A DNA stretch of 64,000 nucleotides. It comes from Macrostomum lignano (Eukaryota). The notes below the pieces were generated by a model, which saw only the letters and a list, made by a program, of their open reading frames with translations, was not told where the DNA came from and did no database searches. Numbering within the stretch: the stretch's first letter is position 1; each line of letters opens with the position of its first letter. This document shows positions 25,950 to 39,609 of this stretch, piece after piece. The stretch covers positions 1 to 64,000 of the forward strand of contig NIVC01002067.1 in the NCBI GenBank assembly GCA_002269645.1. The letters are read 5' to 3'. The translations under genes and the position numbers were made by a program.

Positions 25950-27195
25950 AAGACAGCAAGATTCCCCCCAGATAGCAAGCACCCCCCAGATAGCAGGCAC
26001 CCCCCAGATAGCAGGCACCCCCAGATAGCAGGCACCCCCCAGATAGCAAGCACCCCCCAGATAGCAAGCATCCCCCCCCAGATAGCAAGCACCACCAGAT
26101 AGCAGGCACCCCCAGATAGCAAGCATCCCCCAGAAAGCAAGCACCTCAGATAGCAAGCACCCCCCGATAGCAAGCATCCCCCCCCAGATAGCAAGCACCC
26201 CCAGATAGCAGGCACCCCCAGATAGCAAGCATCCCCCAGATAGCAAGCACCCCCAGATAGCAGGCACCCCCCAGATAGCAAGCACCCCCCAGATAGCAAG
26301 CATCCCCCCAGATAGCAAGCACCCCCAGATAGCAGGCACCCCAGATAGCAAGCACCCCCAGATAGCAAGCACCCCCAGATAGCAGGCACCCCCAGATAGC
26401 AGGCACCCTCAGATAGCAAGCACCACCAGATAGCAAGCACCCCCAGATAGCAAGCACCCCCAGATAGCAAGCACCACCAGATAGCAAGCACCCCCAGATA
26501 GCAAGCACCCCCAGATAGCAGGCACCCCCAGATAGCAGGCTTTCCCAGATAGCAAGCACCCCCAGATAGCAAGCACCCCCAGATAGCAGGCACCCCCAGA
26601 TAGCAGGCTCTCCCAGATAGCAAGCACCCCCAGATAGCAAGCACCCCCAGATAGCAAGCACCTCCAGATAGCAAGCTCCCCCAGATAGCAGGCACCCCCA
26701 GATAGCAAGCACCACCAGATAGCAAGCACCCCCAGATAGCAAGCACCACCAGATAGCAAGCACCCCCAGATAGCAGGCTCTCCCAGATAGCAAGCACCTC
26801 CAGATAGCAAGCACCCCCAGATAGCAAGCACCCCCAGATAGCAAGCACCACCAGAAAGCAAGCACCCCCAGATAGCAGGCTCTCCCAGATAGCAAGCACC
26901 TCCAGATAGCAAGCACCCCCAGATAGGAAGCACCCCCAGATAGCAAGCACCCCCAGATAGCAAGCACCCCCAGATAGCAAGCACCCCCAGATAGCAAGCA
27001 CCCCCAGATAGCAAGCACCCCCAGATAGCAAGCACCCCCAGATAGCAAGCAACCCCAGATAGCAAGCACCCCAGATAGCAAGCAACCAATTGATAGTAAG
27101 CAACCAATTGATAGCAAGCACCCCAAGATAGCAAGCACCCCAGATAGCAAGCAACCAATTGATAGCAAGTATTGATCCTTAAATAGCAAGCATCC
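25950..27195. repeat. Helitron-internal 17-18-bp satellite (GATAGCAAGCAYCCCCCA); also at about 28235-28590, 31800-32390, 35755-36545, 39040-39485 and 42825-43320
   Basis: The same monomer occupies the same slot in all six copies, with variable array length. Confidence 0.95.
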
Positions 27196-28679
27196 ACCGG
27201 ACAATAAGTAGCAAGTGCAACAATTTCCTTAGCTTTATAATGGCTCCTTTGTGATTGGCATGACGCTTCTTTTTACGTTTGAAACTGCGTCTCCTATGTT
27301 TGACTTGGTGGCTCTTTAATGTTCAACATGGTGGGTTTTTACTGTTAGACATGGTGGCTCTTTATTGTTTGACATGGTGGCTCTTCTATTTTTGACATGG
27401 TGGCTCTTTAATATTCTACATGGTGGCTCTTTTATGTTCGACATTGTGGCTCTTAAATATTCTACATGGTGGCTCTTTTATGTTCGACATTGTGGCTCTT
27501 TAAAGTTCTTCATGGTATAGCTCTTTTATGTTAGACATGGTGGTTCTTTAATGTTCGACATAGTGGCTCTTTAATGTTTGAAATATTGGCTCTTTAATGT
27601 TTGACATGGTGGCTCTTTTAGGTTTGACATATTGGCTCTTTAATGTTTGACATAGTGGCTCTTTAATGTTCGATATGGTGGCTCTTTTATGTTAGACATG
27701 GTGGCTCTTTTAGGTTTGACATGATGGCACTTTTATGTTTTGACATGGCGGCTCTTTAATGTTGGATATGGTGGCTCTTAATTGTTTGACATGGTGGCTC
27801 TTTAATGTTCAAAATGGTGGCTCTTTAATGTTTGAAATGGTGGCTCTTTAAAATTCTACATGGTGGCTCTTTAATGTTCGACATGGTGGTTCTTTAATGT
27901 TTTTCATTATATAGCTCTTTTATGTTACACATGGTGGCTCTTTAATGTTCGACATGGTGGCTCTTTAATGTTGGCATAAAGTCACATATATGTTTGACAT
28001 GGTGGCTCCTAAATGTTTGACATGGTGGCTCTTTATGTTTGACATGGTGGCTCTTTAATGTTCGACATGGTGGATCTTTTTAGTTCTACACTAGCAATCT
28101 TCGCCCCCCGATGGGGGACATCTGGATAGAATCTCTGTTCTCTACAAGTAACAAAAAAACAGCCAAAAATCCTTCAAAAAGACAACAGACAAACTGCTCA
28201 AATGAAGTGCATTGCAAAAAGAAATCATCCCAAGACCGCAAGCATCCCCCAGATAGCAAGCGTCCCCCAGATAGCAAGCATCCCCCAGATAGCAAGCATC
28301 CCCCGGATAGCAAGCATCCCCCAGATAGCAAGCATCCCCAGATAGCAAGCATCCCCCAGATAGCAAGCATCCCTCAGATAGCAAGCATCCCCAAGATAGC
28401 AAGCATCCCCCAGATAGCAAGCATCCCTCAGATAGCAAGCATCCCCAGATTGCAAGCATCCCCAGATAGCAAGCATCCCCCGGATAGCAAGCATCCCCAG
28501 ATAGCAAGCGTCCCCCAGATAGAAGCATCCCCAAGATAGCAAGCATCCCCAAGATAGATAGCATCCCCAAATAGTAAGCATCCACCAGACAATAAGTAGC
28601 TAGTGCGACAATTTCCTTAGCATTATAGCGGCTCCTTTAAAATTCGCTTACTTTTACGTTTGAAATTGTGTATCTTTTA

Positions 28680-31075
28680 TGTTTAACAGGGTGGCTCTTT
28701 TTTTGTTCTACGCTCGTACATGGTAACTCTTTTATGTTTGATACGGTGGCTTTTCAATGTCTGACATGGTGGCTCTTCTATGTTTGACATGGGGGCTCTT
28801 CTATGTTTGACATGGGGGCTCTTCTATGTTTGACAAAGTGGCTTTTTAATGTTTGACATGGTGGCTCTATTATGTTTGACATGGTGGCTCTATTATGTTT
28901 GACATGGTGGCTCTATTATGTTTGACATGGTGGCTCTTTAATGTTCAAAAAGGTGGCTCTTTACTTTTTGACATGGTGGCTCTTTAATGTTGGACATGGT
29001 GGCTTTTTAATGTTAGACATGGTGGCTCTTTAATGTTTGACATGGTAGCTCTTTTATGTTCGACATGGTGGCTCTTTTATGTTCGGCATGGTGTCGCTTC
29101 AATGTTTGACATGGAGTTACGTATATGTTTTACATGGTGGCTCGTTAATGTTTTACATGGTGGAACTTTCATGTTTGACCTGGTGGCTCTTTAATATTGA
29201 ACATGGTGGCTCTTTTATGTTTGACATGGTGGCTCTTTTATCTTTGACATGGTGGCTCTGTAATGTTCGACATGGAGTCATGTATATGTTTGACATGGTG
29301 GCTCTTAAATGTTCGACATGGTGGCTCTTTAATGTTTGACATAGTGTCTCTTTAATGTTTGACATGGAGTCATGTATATGTTTGACATGGTGGCTCTTTA
29401 ATGTTAGACATGGTGGCTCTTTTTTGTTTTGCATGGTGGCTCTTTTATGTTCGACATGGTGTCTCTTCAATGTTTGACATGGAGTCATGTATATGTTTGA
29501 CATGGATGCTCTTGTATTTTTAACATGTTGACTCTTTAATGTTCGAAATGGTAGCTCTTAATTGTCTAACATGGAGTCACGTTATATGTTTGACATGGAG
29601 TCATGCATATGCCTGATATGGTAGCTCTTTAATGTTTCACATGTTGGCTATTTTATGTTTGACATGGTGGTTCTTAAATGTTCGACATGGTGGCTCTTTA
29701 ATGTTTTACATGGTGGCACTTTCATGTTTGACCTGGTGGCTCTTTAATGTTTAACATGGTCGCTCTTTAATATTTGACATGGTGGCCCTTTTATGTTCGA
29801 CATGGTGGCTCTTCAATGTTTGACATGGAGTCATGTATATGTTTGACATGGTAGCTCTTGAATGTTCAACATGGAGTCATGTATATGTTTGACATGGTAG
29901 CTCTTGAATGTTCAACATGGAGTCATGTATATGTTTGACATGGTGGCTCTTTAATGTTTGACATAGTGTCTCTTTAATGTTTGACATGGAGTCATGTATA
30001 TGTTTAACATGGTGGCTCTTCAATGTTTGACATGGAGTCATGTATATGTTTGCCATGGTGGCTCTTTAATGTTAGACATGGTGGCTCTTTTATGTTTTGC
30101 ATGGTGGCTCTTTTATGTTCGACATGGTGTCTCTTCAATGTTTGACATGGAGTCATGTATATGTTTGACATGGTGGCTCTTGTATTTTTAACATGTTGGC
30201 TCTTTAATGTTCGACATGGTGGCTCTTTAATGTCTAACATGGAGTCACGTATATGTTTGACATGGAGTCATGTATATGTCTGAAATGGTAGCTCTTTAAT
30301 GTTTTACATGGAGTCACGTATATGTTTCACATGGTGGCTATTTTATGTTTGACATGGTGGTTCTTAAATGTTCGACATGGTGGCTCTTTAATGTGTTAAA
30401 TGGTGGCACTTTCATGTTTGACCTGGTGGCTCTTTAATGTTTGACATAGTGTCTCTTTAATGTTTGACATGGAGTCATGTATATGTTTGACATGGTAGCT
30501 CTTGAATGTTCGACATAGAGTCATGTATATTTTTGCCATGGTGGCTCTTTAATGTTAGACATGGTGGCACTTTCATGTTTGACCTGGTGGCTCTTTAATG
30601 TTTGACATGGTGGCTCTTTAATATTTGACATGGTGGCCCTTTAATATTTGACATGGTGGCCCTTTAATGTTCGACATGGTGGCTCTTCAATGTTCGACAT
30701 GGAGTCATGTATATGTTTGACCTGGTTGCTCTTTAATGTTTGACATGGTGGCTCTTTAATGTTCGACATGGTGGCTCTTTTAGGTTTGAAATGGTGGCTC
30801 TTTAATGTTTGACATGGTGGCTTTTTAATGTTCGACATGGTGGCTCTTTTATGTTCGACATGGCGTCATGTATATGTTTGACATGGTGGCTCTTTAATGT
30901 TCGACATGGTGGCTCTTCAATGTTCGACATGGAGTCATGTATATGTTTGACCTGGTTGCTCTTTAATGTTTGACATGGTGGCTCTTTAATGTTCGACATG
31001 GTGTCTCTTTAATGGTCGACATGGTGGCTCTTTAATGTTTGACATGGTGGCTCTTTAATGTTTGACATTGTGCTT
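28680..31075. repeat. Helitron-internal 23-bp satellite (ATGTTTGACATGGTGGCTCTTTA); also at about 27295-28090, 32480-35035, 36640-38200, 43415-45845 and 46445-46790
   Basis: Tandem copies with GGAGTCATGTAT variants. Confidence 0.95.
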
Positions 31076-31128
31076 TTTTGTGTTTAGCATTTTGTGTTTT
31101 TAAGGTTTTTGAATAAAAAAATCTTTTT

Positions 31129-31199
31129 GCACTACTAAGATTCGAACCCAGGTCGCAGCATTAGCAGTCCAGTCTGTTCGCATCTATGCTATCTCTTGT
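31129..31199 (-). pseudogene. tRNA-derived (tRNA-Gln-like) A/B-box segment in Helitron B
   Basis: Minus strand TAGCATAGATGCG...CTGGA-CTGCTAA-TGCTG-CGAC-CTGGG-TTCGAAT-CTTAG has canonical tRNA spacing from T8 to G65, followed by a T7 run. Acceptor and anticodon stems pair poorly, so it is not a functional tRNA. Confidence 0.72.
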
Positions 31200-31659
31200 C
31201 TTGAATTGTGGCCCTTATAATTTAATTCTTATAGCAAATTGGTTAGAGTAAAAAGTTATGACATAATCAATTTCTCAGTCAGCCAGTATCAGTGTCAATT
31301 TAAGTTAGCAGTATGGTTACGCAATTTAAATCAAGTTTTGTGTGCATTTGTTCGGCACTGTTTTCAACTGGTTGTGATGTAATCTTTATCACAATTGGAA
31401 TTCAGTCAGTCAGTTTTTTCTCTAGCATTTTTACAATGCATTTCAGGTCGAAAGAGCTGCTTGACCTTTGCAAAAAAGCATGTTTTTCGAATATTTAATC
31501 CCTTTAAAATTGAGAAATTTCTTAGCCAAGATGCATGTACCGTCCCAGGAAAATTTCTGATCAAATGGTGCAAGTTTGAAGAAAATCGGTTGAGCCATTT
31601 TTTCTGAAATCTATCGCATACCTACCTACCCACAGACAACTCATTTTTAGTATATAGGA

Positions 31660-34600
31660 CTAGCAATCTTCGCCCCCCGATGGGGGACATCTGGATAGAA
31701 TCTCTGTTCTGTACAAGTAACAAAAAAACAGCCAAAAATCCTTCAAAAAGACAACAGACAAACTGCTCAAATGAAGTGCATTGCAAAAAGAAATCATCCC
31801 AAGACCGCAAGCATCCCCCAGATAGCAAGCATCCCCAAGATAGCAAGCATCCCCCAGATAGCAAGCATCCCCAAGATAGCAAGCATCCCCCAGATAGCAA
31901 GCGTCCCCCAGATAGCAAGCATCCCCAGATAGCAAGCATCCCTCAGATAGCAAGCATCCCCCAGATTGCAAGCATCCCCAGATAGCAAGCATCCCCCAGA
32001 TAGCAAGCATCCCCCGGATAGCAAGCATCCCCCGAATAGCAAGCATCCCCCGGATAGCAAGCATCCCCCAGAAAGCAAGCATCCCCCGGATAGCAAGCAT
32101 CCCCCGGATAGCAAGCATCCCCCAGAAAGCAAGCATCCCCCAGATAGCAAGCATCCCTCAGATAGCAAGCATCCCCCAGATAGCAAGCATCTCCCAGATA
32201 GCAAGCATCCCCAGATAGCAGGCATCCCCCAGATAGCAAGCATCCCCCAGATAGCAGGCATCCCCCAGATAGCAAGCATCCCCCAGATAGCAAGCATCCC
32301 CCAGATAGCAAGCATCCCCCAGATAGCAAGCATCCCCAAGATAGCAAGCATCCCCAAGATAGATAGCATCCCCAAATAGTAAGCATCCACCAGACAATAA
32401 GTAGCTAGTGCGACAATTTCCTTAGCATTATAGCGGCTCCTTTAAAATTCGCTTACTTTTACGTTTGAAATTGTGTATCTTTTATGTTTAACAGGGTGGC
32501 TCTTTTATGTTATACATTGTGGCTCTTTTATGTTATACATTGTGGCTCTTTTTTGTTCTACGCTCGTACATAGTAACTCTTTTATGTTTGATACGGTGGC
32601 TTTTTAATGTCTGACATGGTGGCTCTTCTATGTTTGACATGGGGGCTCTTCTATGTTTGACATGGGGGCTCTTCTATGTTTGACATGGGAGCTCTTCTAT
32701 GTTTGACAAAGTGGCTTTTTAATGTTTGACATGGTGGCTCTATTATGTTTGACATGGTGGCTCTTTTATGTTCGACATGGTGGCTCTTTAATGTTTGACA
32801 TGGGGTCTCTTCAATGTTTGACATGGAGTTACGTATATGTTTGACATGGTGGCTCTTTAATGTTTTACATGGTGGCACTTTCATGTTTGACCTGGTGGCT
32901 CTTTAATATTTGACATGGTGGCTCTTTTATGTTTGACATGGTGGCTCTTTTATCTTTGACATGGTGGCTCTGTAATGTTCGACATGGAGTCATGTATATG
33001 TTTCACATGGTAGCTCTTAAATGTTTGACATGGTGGCTCTTTTATGTTCGACATGGCATCATGTATATGTTTGACATGGTGGCTCTTAAATGTTCGACAT
33101 AGTGGCTCTATAATGTTTGACATGGTGGCTCTTCAATGTTTGACATGGTGGCTCTTTAATGTTCGACATGGCGTCATGTATATGTTTGACATGGTAGCTC
33201 TTGAATGTTCAACATGGAGTCATGTATATGTTTGACATGGTGGCTCTTAAATGTTCGACATGGTGGCTTTTTAATGTTTGACATAGTGTCTCTTTAATGT
33301 TTGACATGGAGTCATGTATATGTTTGACATGGTGGCTCTTTAATGTTAGACATGGTGGCTCTTTTATGTTTTGCATGGTGGCTCTTTTATGTTCGGCATG
33401 GTGTCTCTTCAATGTTTGACATGGCGTCATGTATATGTTTGACATGGATGCTCTTGTATTTTTAACATGTTGACTCTTTAATGTTCGAAATGGTGGCTCT
33501 TTAATGTCTAACATGGAGTCACGTATATGTTTGACATGGAGTCATGCATATGCCTGATATGGTAGCTCTTTAATGTTTTACATGGAGTCACGTATATGTT
33601 TCACATGGTGGCTATTTTATGTTTGACATGGTGGTTCTTAAATGTTCGACATGGTGGCTCTTTAATGTTTTACATGGTGGCACTTTCATGTTTGACCTGG
33701 TGGCTCTTTAATGTTTGACATGGTGGCTCTTTAATATTTGACATGGTGGCCCTTTTATGTTTGACATGGTGGCTCTTCAATGTTTGACATGGAGTCATGT
33801 ATATGTTTGACCTGGTGGCTCTTTAATGTTTGACATGGTGGCTCTTTAATGTTTGACATGGTGGCTCTTTCATGTTTGACCTGGTGGCTCTTTAATGTTC
33901 GACATGGTCGCTCTTTAATGTTCGACATGGTGGCCCTTTAATGTTCGACATGGTGTCGCTTCAATGTTTGACATGGAGTTACGTATATGTTTTACATGGT
34001 GGCTCTTTTATGTTCGACATGGCATCATGTATATGTTTGACATGGTAGCTCTTGAATGTTCAACATGGAGTCATGTATATGTTTGACATGGTAGCTCTAA
34101 AATGTTCAACATGGAGTCATGTATATGTTTGACATGGTGGCTCTTAAATGTTTGACATGGTGGCTCTTTAATGTTTGACATAGTGTCTCTTTAATGTTTG
34201 ACATGGAGTCATGTATATGTTTGACATGGTAGCTCTTGAATGTTCGACACAAAGTCATGTATATGTTTGCCATGGTGGCTCTTTAATGTTAGACATGGTG
34301 TCTCTTCAATGTTTGACATGGAGTCATGTATATGTTTGACATGGTGGCTCTTGTATTTTTAACATGTTGGCTTTATAATGTTCGACATGGTGGCTCTTTA
34401 ATGTCTAACATGGAGTCACGTATATGTTTGACATGGAGTCATGTATATGTCTGATATGGTAGCTCTTTAATGTTTGACATGGAGTCATGTATATGTTTGA
34501 CATGGTAGCTCTTGAATGTTCGACATAGAGTCATGTATATGTTTGCCATGGTGGCTCTTTAATGTTAGACATGGTGGCTCTTTAATATTTGACATGGTGG

Positions 34601-35623
34601 CCCTTTAATATTTGACATGGTGGCCCTTTAATGTTCGACATGGTGGCTCTTCAATGTTCGACATGGAGTCATGTATATGTTTGACCTGGTTGCTCTTTAA
34701 TGTTTGACATGGTGGCTCTTTAATGTTCGACATGGTGGCTCTTTTAGGTTTGAAATGGTGGCTCTTTAATGTTCGACATGGTGGCTCTTTTATGTTCGAC
34801 ATGGCGTCATGTATATGTTTGACATGGTAGCTCTTGAATGTTCAACATGGAGTCATGTATATGTTGGACATGGTGGCTCTTTAATGTTCGACATGGTGGC
34901 TTTTTAATGGTCGACATGGTGGCTCTTTAATGTTCGACATGGTAGCTCTTTAATGGTCGACATGGTGGCTCTTTAATGGTCGACATGGTGGCTCTTTAAT
35001 GTTTGACATGGTGGCTCTTTAATGTTTGACATTGTGCTTTTTTGTGTTTAGCATTTTGTGTTTTTAAGGTTTTTGAATAAAAAAATCTTTTTGCACTACT
35101 AAGATTCGAACCCAGGTCGCAGCATTAGCAGTCCAGTCTGTTCGCATCTATGCTATCTCTTGTCTTGAATTGTGGCCCTTATAATTTAATTCTTATAGCA
35201 AATCAGTTAGAGTAAAAAGTTATGACATAATCAATTTCTCAGTCAGCCAGTATCAGTGTCAATTTAAGTTAGCAATATTGTTACGCAATTTAAATCAAGT
35301 TTTGTGTGCATTTGTTCGGCACTGTTTTCAACTGGTTGTGATGTAATCTTTATCACAATTGGAATTCAGTCAGTCAGTTTTTTCTCTAGCATTCTTACAA
35401 TGCATTTCAGGTCGAAAGAGCTGCTTGACCTTTGCAAAAAAGCATGTTTTTCGAATATTTAATCCCTTTATCATTGAGCAATTTCTTAGCCAAGATGCAT
35501 GTATCGTCCCAGGAAAATTTCTGATCGAATGGTGCAAGTTTGAAGAAAATCGGTTGAGCCGTTTTTTCTGAAATCTATCGCATACCTACCTACCCACAGA
35601 CAACTCATTTTTAGTATATAGGA
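31660..35623 (-). mobile_element. non-autonomous Helitron copy C (closest to B)
   Basis: Junctions ggA|Ctag at 31659/31660 and 35623/35624; same modules as B. Confidence 0.88.
35093..35163 (-). pseudogene. tRNA-derived segment in Helitron C
   Basis: Identical layout to B. Confidence 0.72.
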
Positions 35624-38600
35624 CTAGCAATCTTTGCCCCCCCGATGGGGGACATCTGGATAGAATCCTTGTTTTTTACAAATAACAAATAGACAGCGAA
35701 ATAAAGCCTTCAGAAAAAACAACAGACATTCCCTCTTAAAAACAAAACATCCCAAGACAGCAAGCATCCTCAGACAACATTCAAGCATTGATCCCCAAAT
35801 AGCAAGCATCCCCCAGACTGCAAGCATCCCCAGATAGCAAGCATACCCCAGATAGCAAGCATCCCCAGACTGCAAGCATCCCCCGATAGCAAGCATTCCC
35901 CAGACCCAGATAGCAAGCATCCCCCAGATAGCAAGCATCCCGCAGATAGCAAGCATCCCCCAGATAGCAAGCATTCCTCAGATAGCAAGCATCCCCAGAT
36001 CGCAAGCATCCCCAGATAGCAAGCATTCCCCCAGACCCCAGATAGCAAGCGTCCCCAGATGGCAAGCATCCCCAGATAGCAAGCATCCCCCAGACTGCAA
36101 GCATCCCCCGATAGCAAGCATTCCCCCAGACCCCAGATAGCAAGCATCCCCCAGATAGCAAGCATCCCGCAGATAGCAAGCATCCCCCAGATAGCAAGCA
36201 TTCCTCAGATAGCAAGCATCCCCCAGATCGCAAGCATCCCAGATAGCAAGCATTCCCCAGACCCCAGATAGCAAGCGTCCCCCAGATAGCAAGCATCCCG
36301 CAGATAGCAAGCATCCCCAGATAGCAAGCATCCCGCAGATAGCAAGCATCCCCTAGATAGCAAGCATCCCCCCCAGATAGCAAGCATCCCCAGACAGCAA
36401 GCAACCCCTGATAGCAAGCATAACCTGGATACAAAGATACCTTATAGATATCTAGCAACCCCCTCTCAGATAGCAAGTACTCTCCACCCCAAGAGCAAGC
36501 ATCCACCTGATAGCAAGTATCCATCCTTAAATAGCAAGCATCCACCAGAGAACAAGTAGCTAGTGCAACAATTTCCTTAGCTTTATAATGGTTTCATTTT
36601 GTTTGGCATGACACTTCTTTTATGTTTGAAATGGTGTCTCTTTTTTGTTTAAAAAAGTGGCTTTTTAATGTTTGACATGGTAGCTCTTTTGTGTTTGACA
36701 TGATAGCTCTTTAATGTTGGACGTGGTGGCCCTTTTGTGTTTGACATGGTAGCTCTTTAATGTTTGACATGGTGGCTCTTTTATGTTTGATATGGTGGCT
36801 CCCTTATGTGTGACATGGTGTCTTTTTTATTTTTAATGTTTGACATGGAGTCATATATGTTTGACATGGAGTCATATATGTTTGACATGGAGTCATATAT
36901 GTTTGACATGGAGTCATATATGTTTGACATGGAGTCATATATGTTTGACATGGTGGCTCTTTAATGTTTGACATGGAGTCACGTATATGTTTGACATGGT
37001 GGCTCTTTAATGTTTGACATTGAGTCACGTATATGTTTCACATGATGGCTCTTTTATGTTTGACATGATGGCTCTTTTATGTTTGACATGGTAGCTCTTT
37101 TATATTTTACATGGTGGCTCTTTTATGTTCGACATGGCTGATCTTGAATGTTTGACATGGTGGCTCTTTAATGTTTGACATGGTGGCTCTTTAATGTTTG
37201 ACATGGTGGCTCTTTAATGTTTGACATGGTGGCTCTTTTATGTTTGACATGGTGGCTCCTTAATGTTGAACATGGTGGCTCTTTAATGTTTGACATGGTG
37301 GCTCTTTTATGTTTGACATGATGGCTCTTTTATGTTTGACATGGTAGATCTTTTATGTTTGACATGGTGGCTCTTAAATGTTTGAAATGTTGTCTCTGTT
37401 ATGTTCGACATGGTGTCTCTTGAATGTTTGACATGGTGGCTCTTTAATGTTTGACATGGTGGCTCTTTTATGTTCGACATGGTGGCTCTTTTATGCTCGA
37501 CATGGTGGCTCTTTTATGTTTGACATGGTGGCTCTTAAATGTTTGAAATGTTGTCTCTGTTATGTTCGACATGGTTTCTCTTGAATGTTTGACATGGTGG
37601 CTCTTTAATGTTTGACATGGTGGCTCTTTTATGTTTGACATGGTGGCTCTTTTATGCTCGACATGGTGGCTCTTTTATGTTTGACATGGTGGCTCTTAAA
37701 TGTTTGAAATGTTGTCTCTGTTATGTTCGACATGGTGGCTCTTTTATGTTTGACATGGTAGCTCTTTTATATTTTACTTGGTGGCTCTTTAATGTTTGAC
37801 ATGGTGGCTCTTCAATGTTCAACATGGTGGCTCTTTAATGTTCGACATGGTGGCTCTTTAATGTTTGACATGATGGCTCTTTTATGTTTGAAATGTTGTC
37901 TCTGTTATGTTTGACATAGTGGCTCTTTAATATTCGACATGGTGGCTCTTTTATGTTTGACATGATGGCTCTTTTATGTTTGAAATGTTGTCTCTGTTAT
38001 GTTCGACATGGTGGCTCTTTAATGTTTGACATGGTGGCTCTTTAATGTTTGACATTGAGTCACGTATATGTTTCACATGGTGGCTCTTTTATGTTTGAAA
38101 TGGTGGCTCTTTTATGTTTGACATGGTGTCTCTTCTGTGTTCTACATGGTGGCACTTTTTTTTTGTTTGGCATGGTGGCTCTTTTATATTTGACATTGCG
38201 CTTCTTTTATGTTTAGCATTTTGTGTTTTAAAGTGTTTTAATAAAAAAATGTTTTTTGCACTACTAAGATTCGAACCCAGGTCGCTACATTAGCAGTCCA
38301 GTCTGTTCCCATCTTGGCTATCTCTTTTCAATTGGAGAACATGTATTGTGGCCCTTATAATTCAATTCTTATAGCAAGTCAGTTAGAGTAAAAAGTTATG
38401 ACATAATCAATTTCTCAGTCAGCCAGTATCAGTCTCAATTCAAGTTAGCAATATGGTTACGCAATTACAATCAAGTCTTGTGTGCATTTTTTCGACACTG
38501 TTTTCATCTTGTTGTGATGCAATCTTTATCACAATTGAAATTCAGTCAGTCAGTTTTTTCTTTCGCATTTTTACAATTCATTTCAGGTCGAAAGAGCTGC

Positions 38601-38799
38601 TTGACCTTTGCAAAAAAGCATGTTTTTCGAATATTTAATCCCTTTAAAATTGAGCAATTTCTTAGCCAAGATGCATGTACCGTCCCAGGAAAATTTCTGA
38701 TCAAATGGTGCAAGTTTGAAGAAAATCGGTTGAGCCACTTTTTCTGAAATCTATCGCATAGCTAGATAGTTACAGACATTTCATTTTTAGTATATATGA
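35624..38799 (-). mobile_element. non-autonomous Helitron copy D
   Basis: Ends tatatgA|Ctag at 38799/38800 (TC on minus); hairpin CCCCCATCGGGGGG retained. Confidence 0.86.
38258..38328 (-). pseudogene. tRNA-derived segment in Helitron D
   Basis: A box TAGCCAAGATGG, B box GGTTCGAATC, T7 run. Confidence 0.72.
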
Positions 38800-39609
38800 C
38801 TAGCAATCTAGTGCGGCCCCCCTTCGGGGCGCCCAATAAGAAAGGAGCAAAAATAGTTCATGGAAAACAATAAAAAAACACATTTTCTTAAACACTAATT
38901 CCTTCTTCACATTTTAAAAATCACCTTATTCGTGTAAAATTGTCACGGACTAAGATGTTTGCAAAATTAAAAAATCACTTTTTCTCTAAAATTAACAAAC
39001 AGTCAACAAAATATCGTTTCACTAAATAGAAAATATTCCCAAGACAGCAAGCAACCCCTCCAAAAGTGAACAATCGCAGATAGCAAGCATCCTCTAATGC
39101 TCATAGCAAGAATCACCACAGATAGCAAGCATCTGCAGATTAGCAAGCACCCCCCAGATATTATAGAAGCATCCACCCAGATAGCAAGCATCCACTCAGA
39201 TAGCAAGCATTCTGCAGATATCAAGCACCCCCAGATATTATAGAAGCATCCTGCAGATAGCAAGCATCCTGCAGATAGCAAGCACCCCCCAGATATTATA
39301 GAAGCATCCACCCAGATAGCAAGCATCCTGCAGATAGCAAGAATCCCTAAATAGCAAGCATCCTGCAGATAGCAAGAATCCCTGAATAGCAAGCATCCCT
39401 GGATAGAAAGAATCCCATGCATGTAGCCAGTACCCCCTCTCCCAAATAGCAAGTATCCCCCCTCGAGAGCAAGCATCCACGAGACAGCAAGTAGCTAGTG
39501 CAAATGTTACTTCCGCTAATGCAATAATCGCTTTCTCAGGTTGTGCAACAATCCACGTCTCAGCGAGCGCAATAATCTCTTTTTTAGACAGCGCAGTAAT
39601 CAGCTTCTC

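Larger units (their letters stand above)
28091..31659 (-). mobile_element. non-autonomous Helitron copy B
   Basis: Minus strand 5'-TCCTATATACTAAAAATG ... CCCCCATCGGGGGGCGAAGATTGCTAG-3': TC start, GC hairpin about 12 nt before a terminal CTAG, host A^T at the array edge, no TSD. These are canonical Helitron hallmarks. No RepHel ORF. Confidence 0.88.

Noticed and set aside
31129-31199. Functional tRNA-Ser(GCT) gene
   Set aside because: No acceptor-stem pairing, a broken anticodon stem, and no long variable arm as Ser tRNAs have. Treated as tRNA-derived.
31395-31607. 70-97-aa ORF (…KSCLTFAKKHVFRIFNPF…) open in all six Helitron copies
   Set aside because: It is antisense to the element, has inconsistent starts and many replacement changes, and the core is invariant even at synonymous sites. 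That points to DNA-level constraint, not protein coding.
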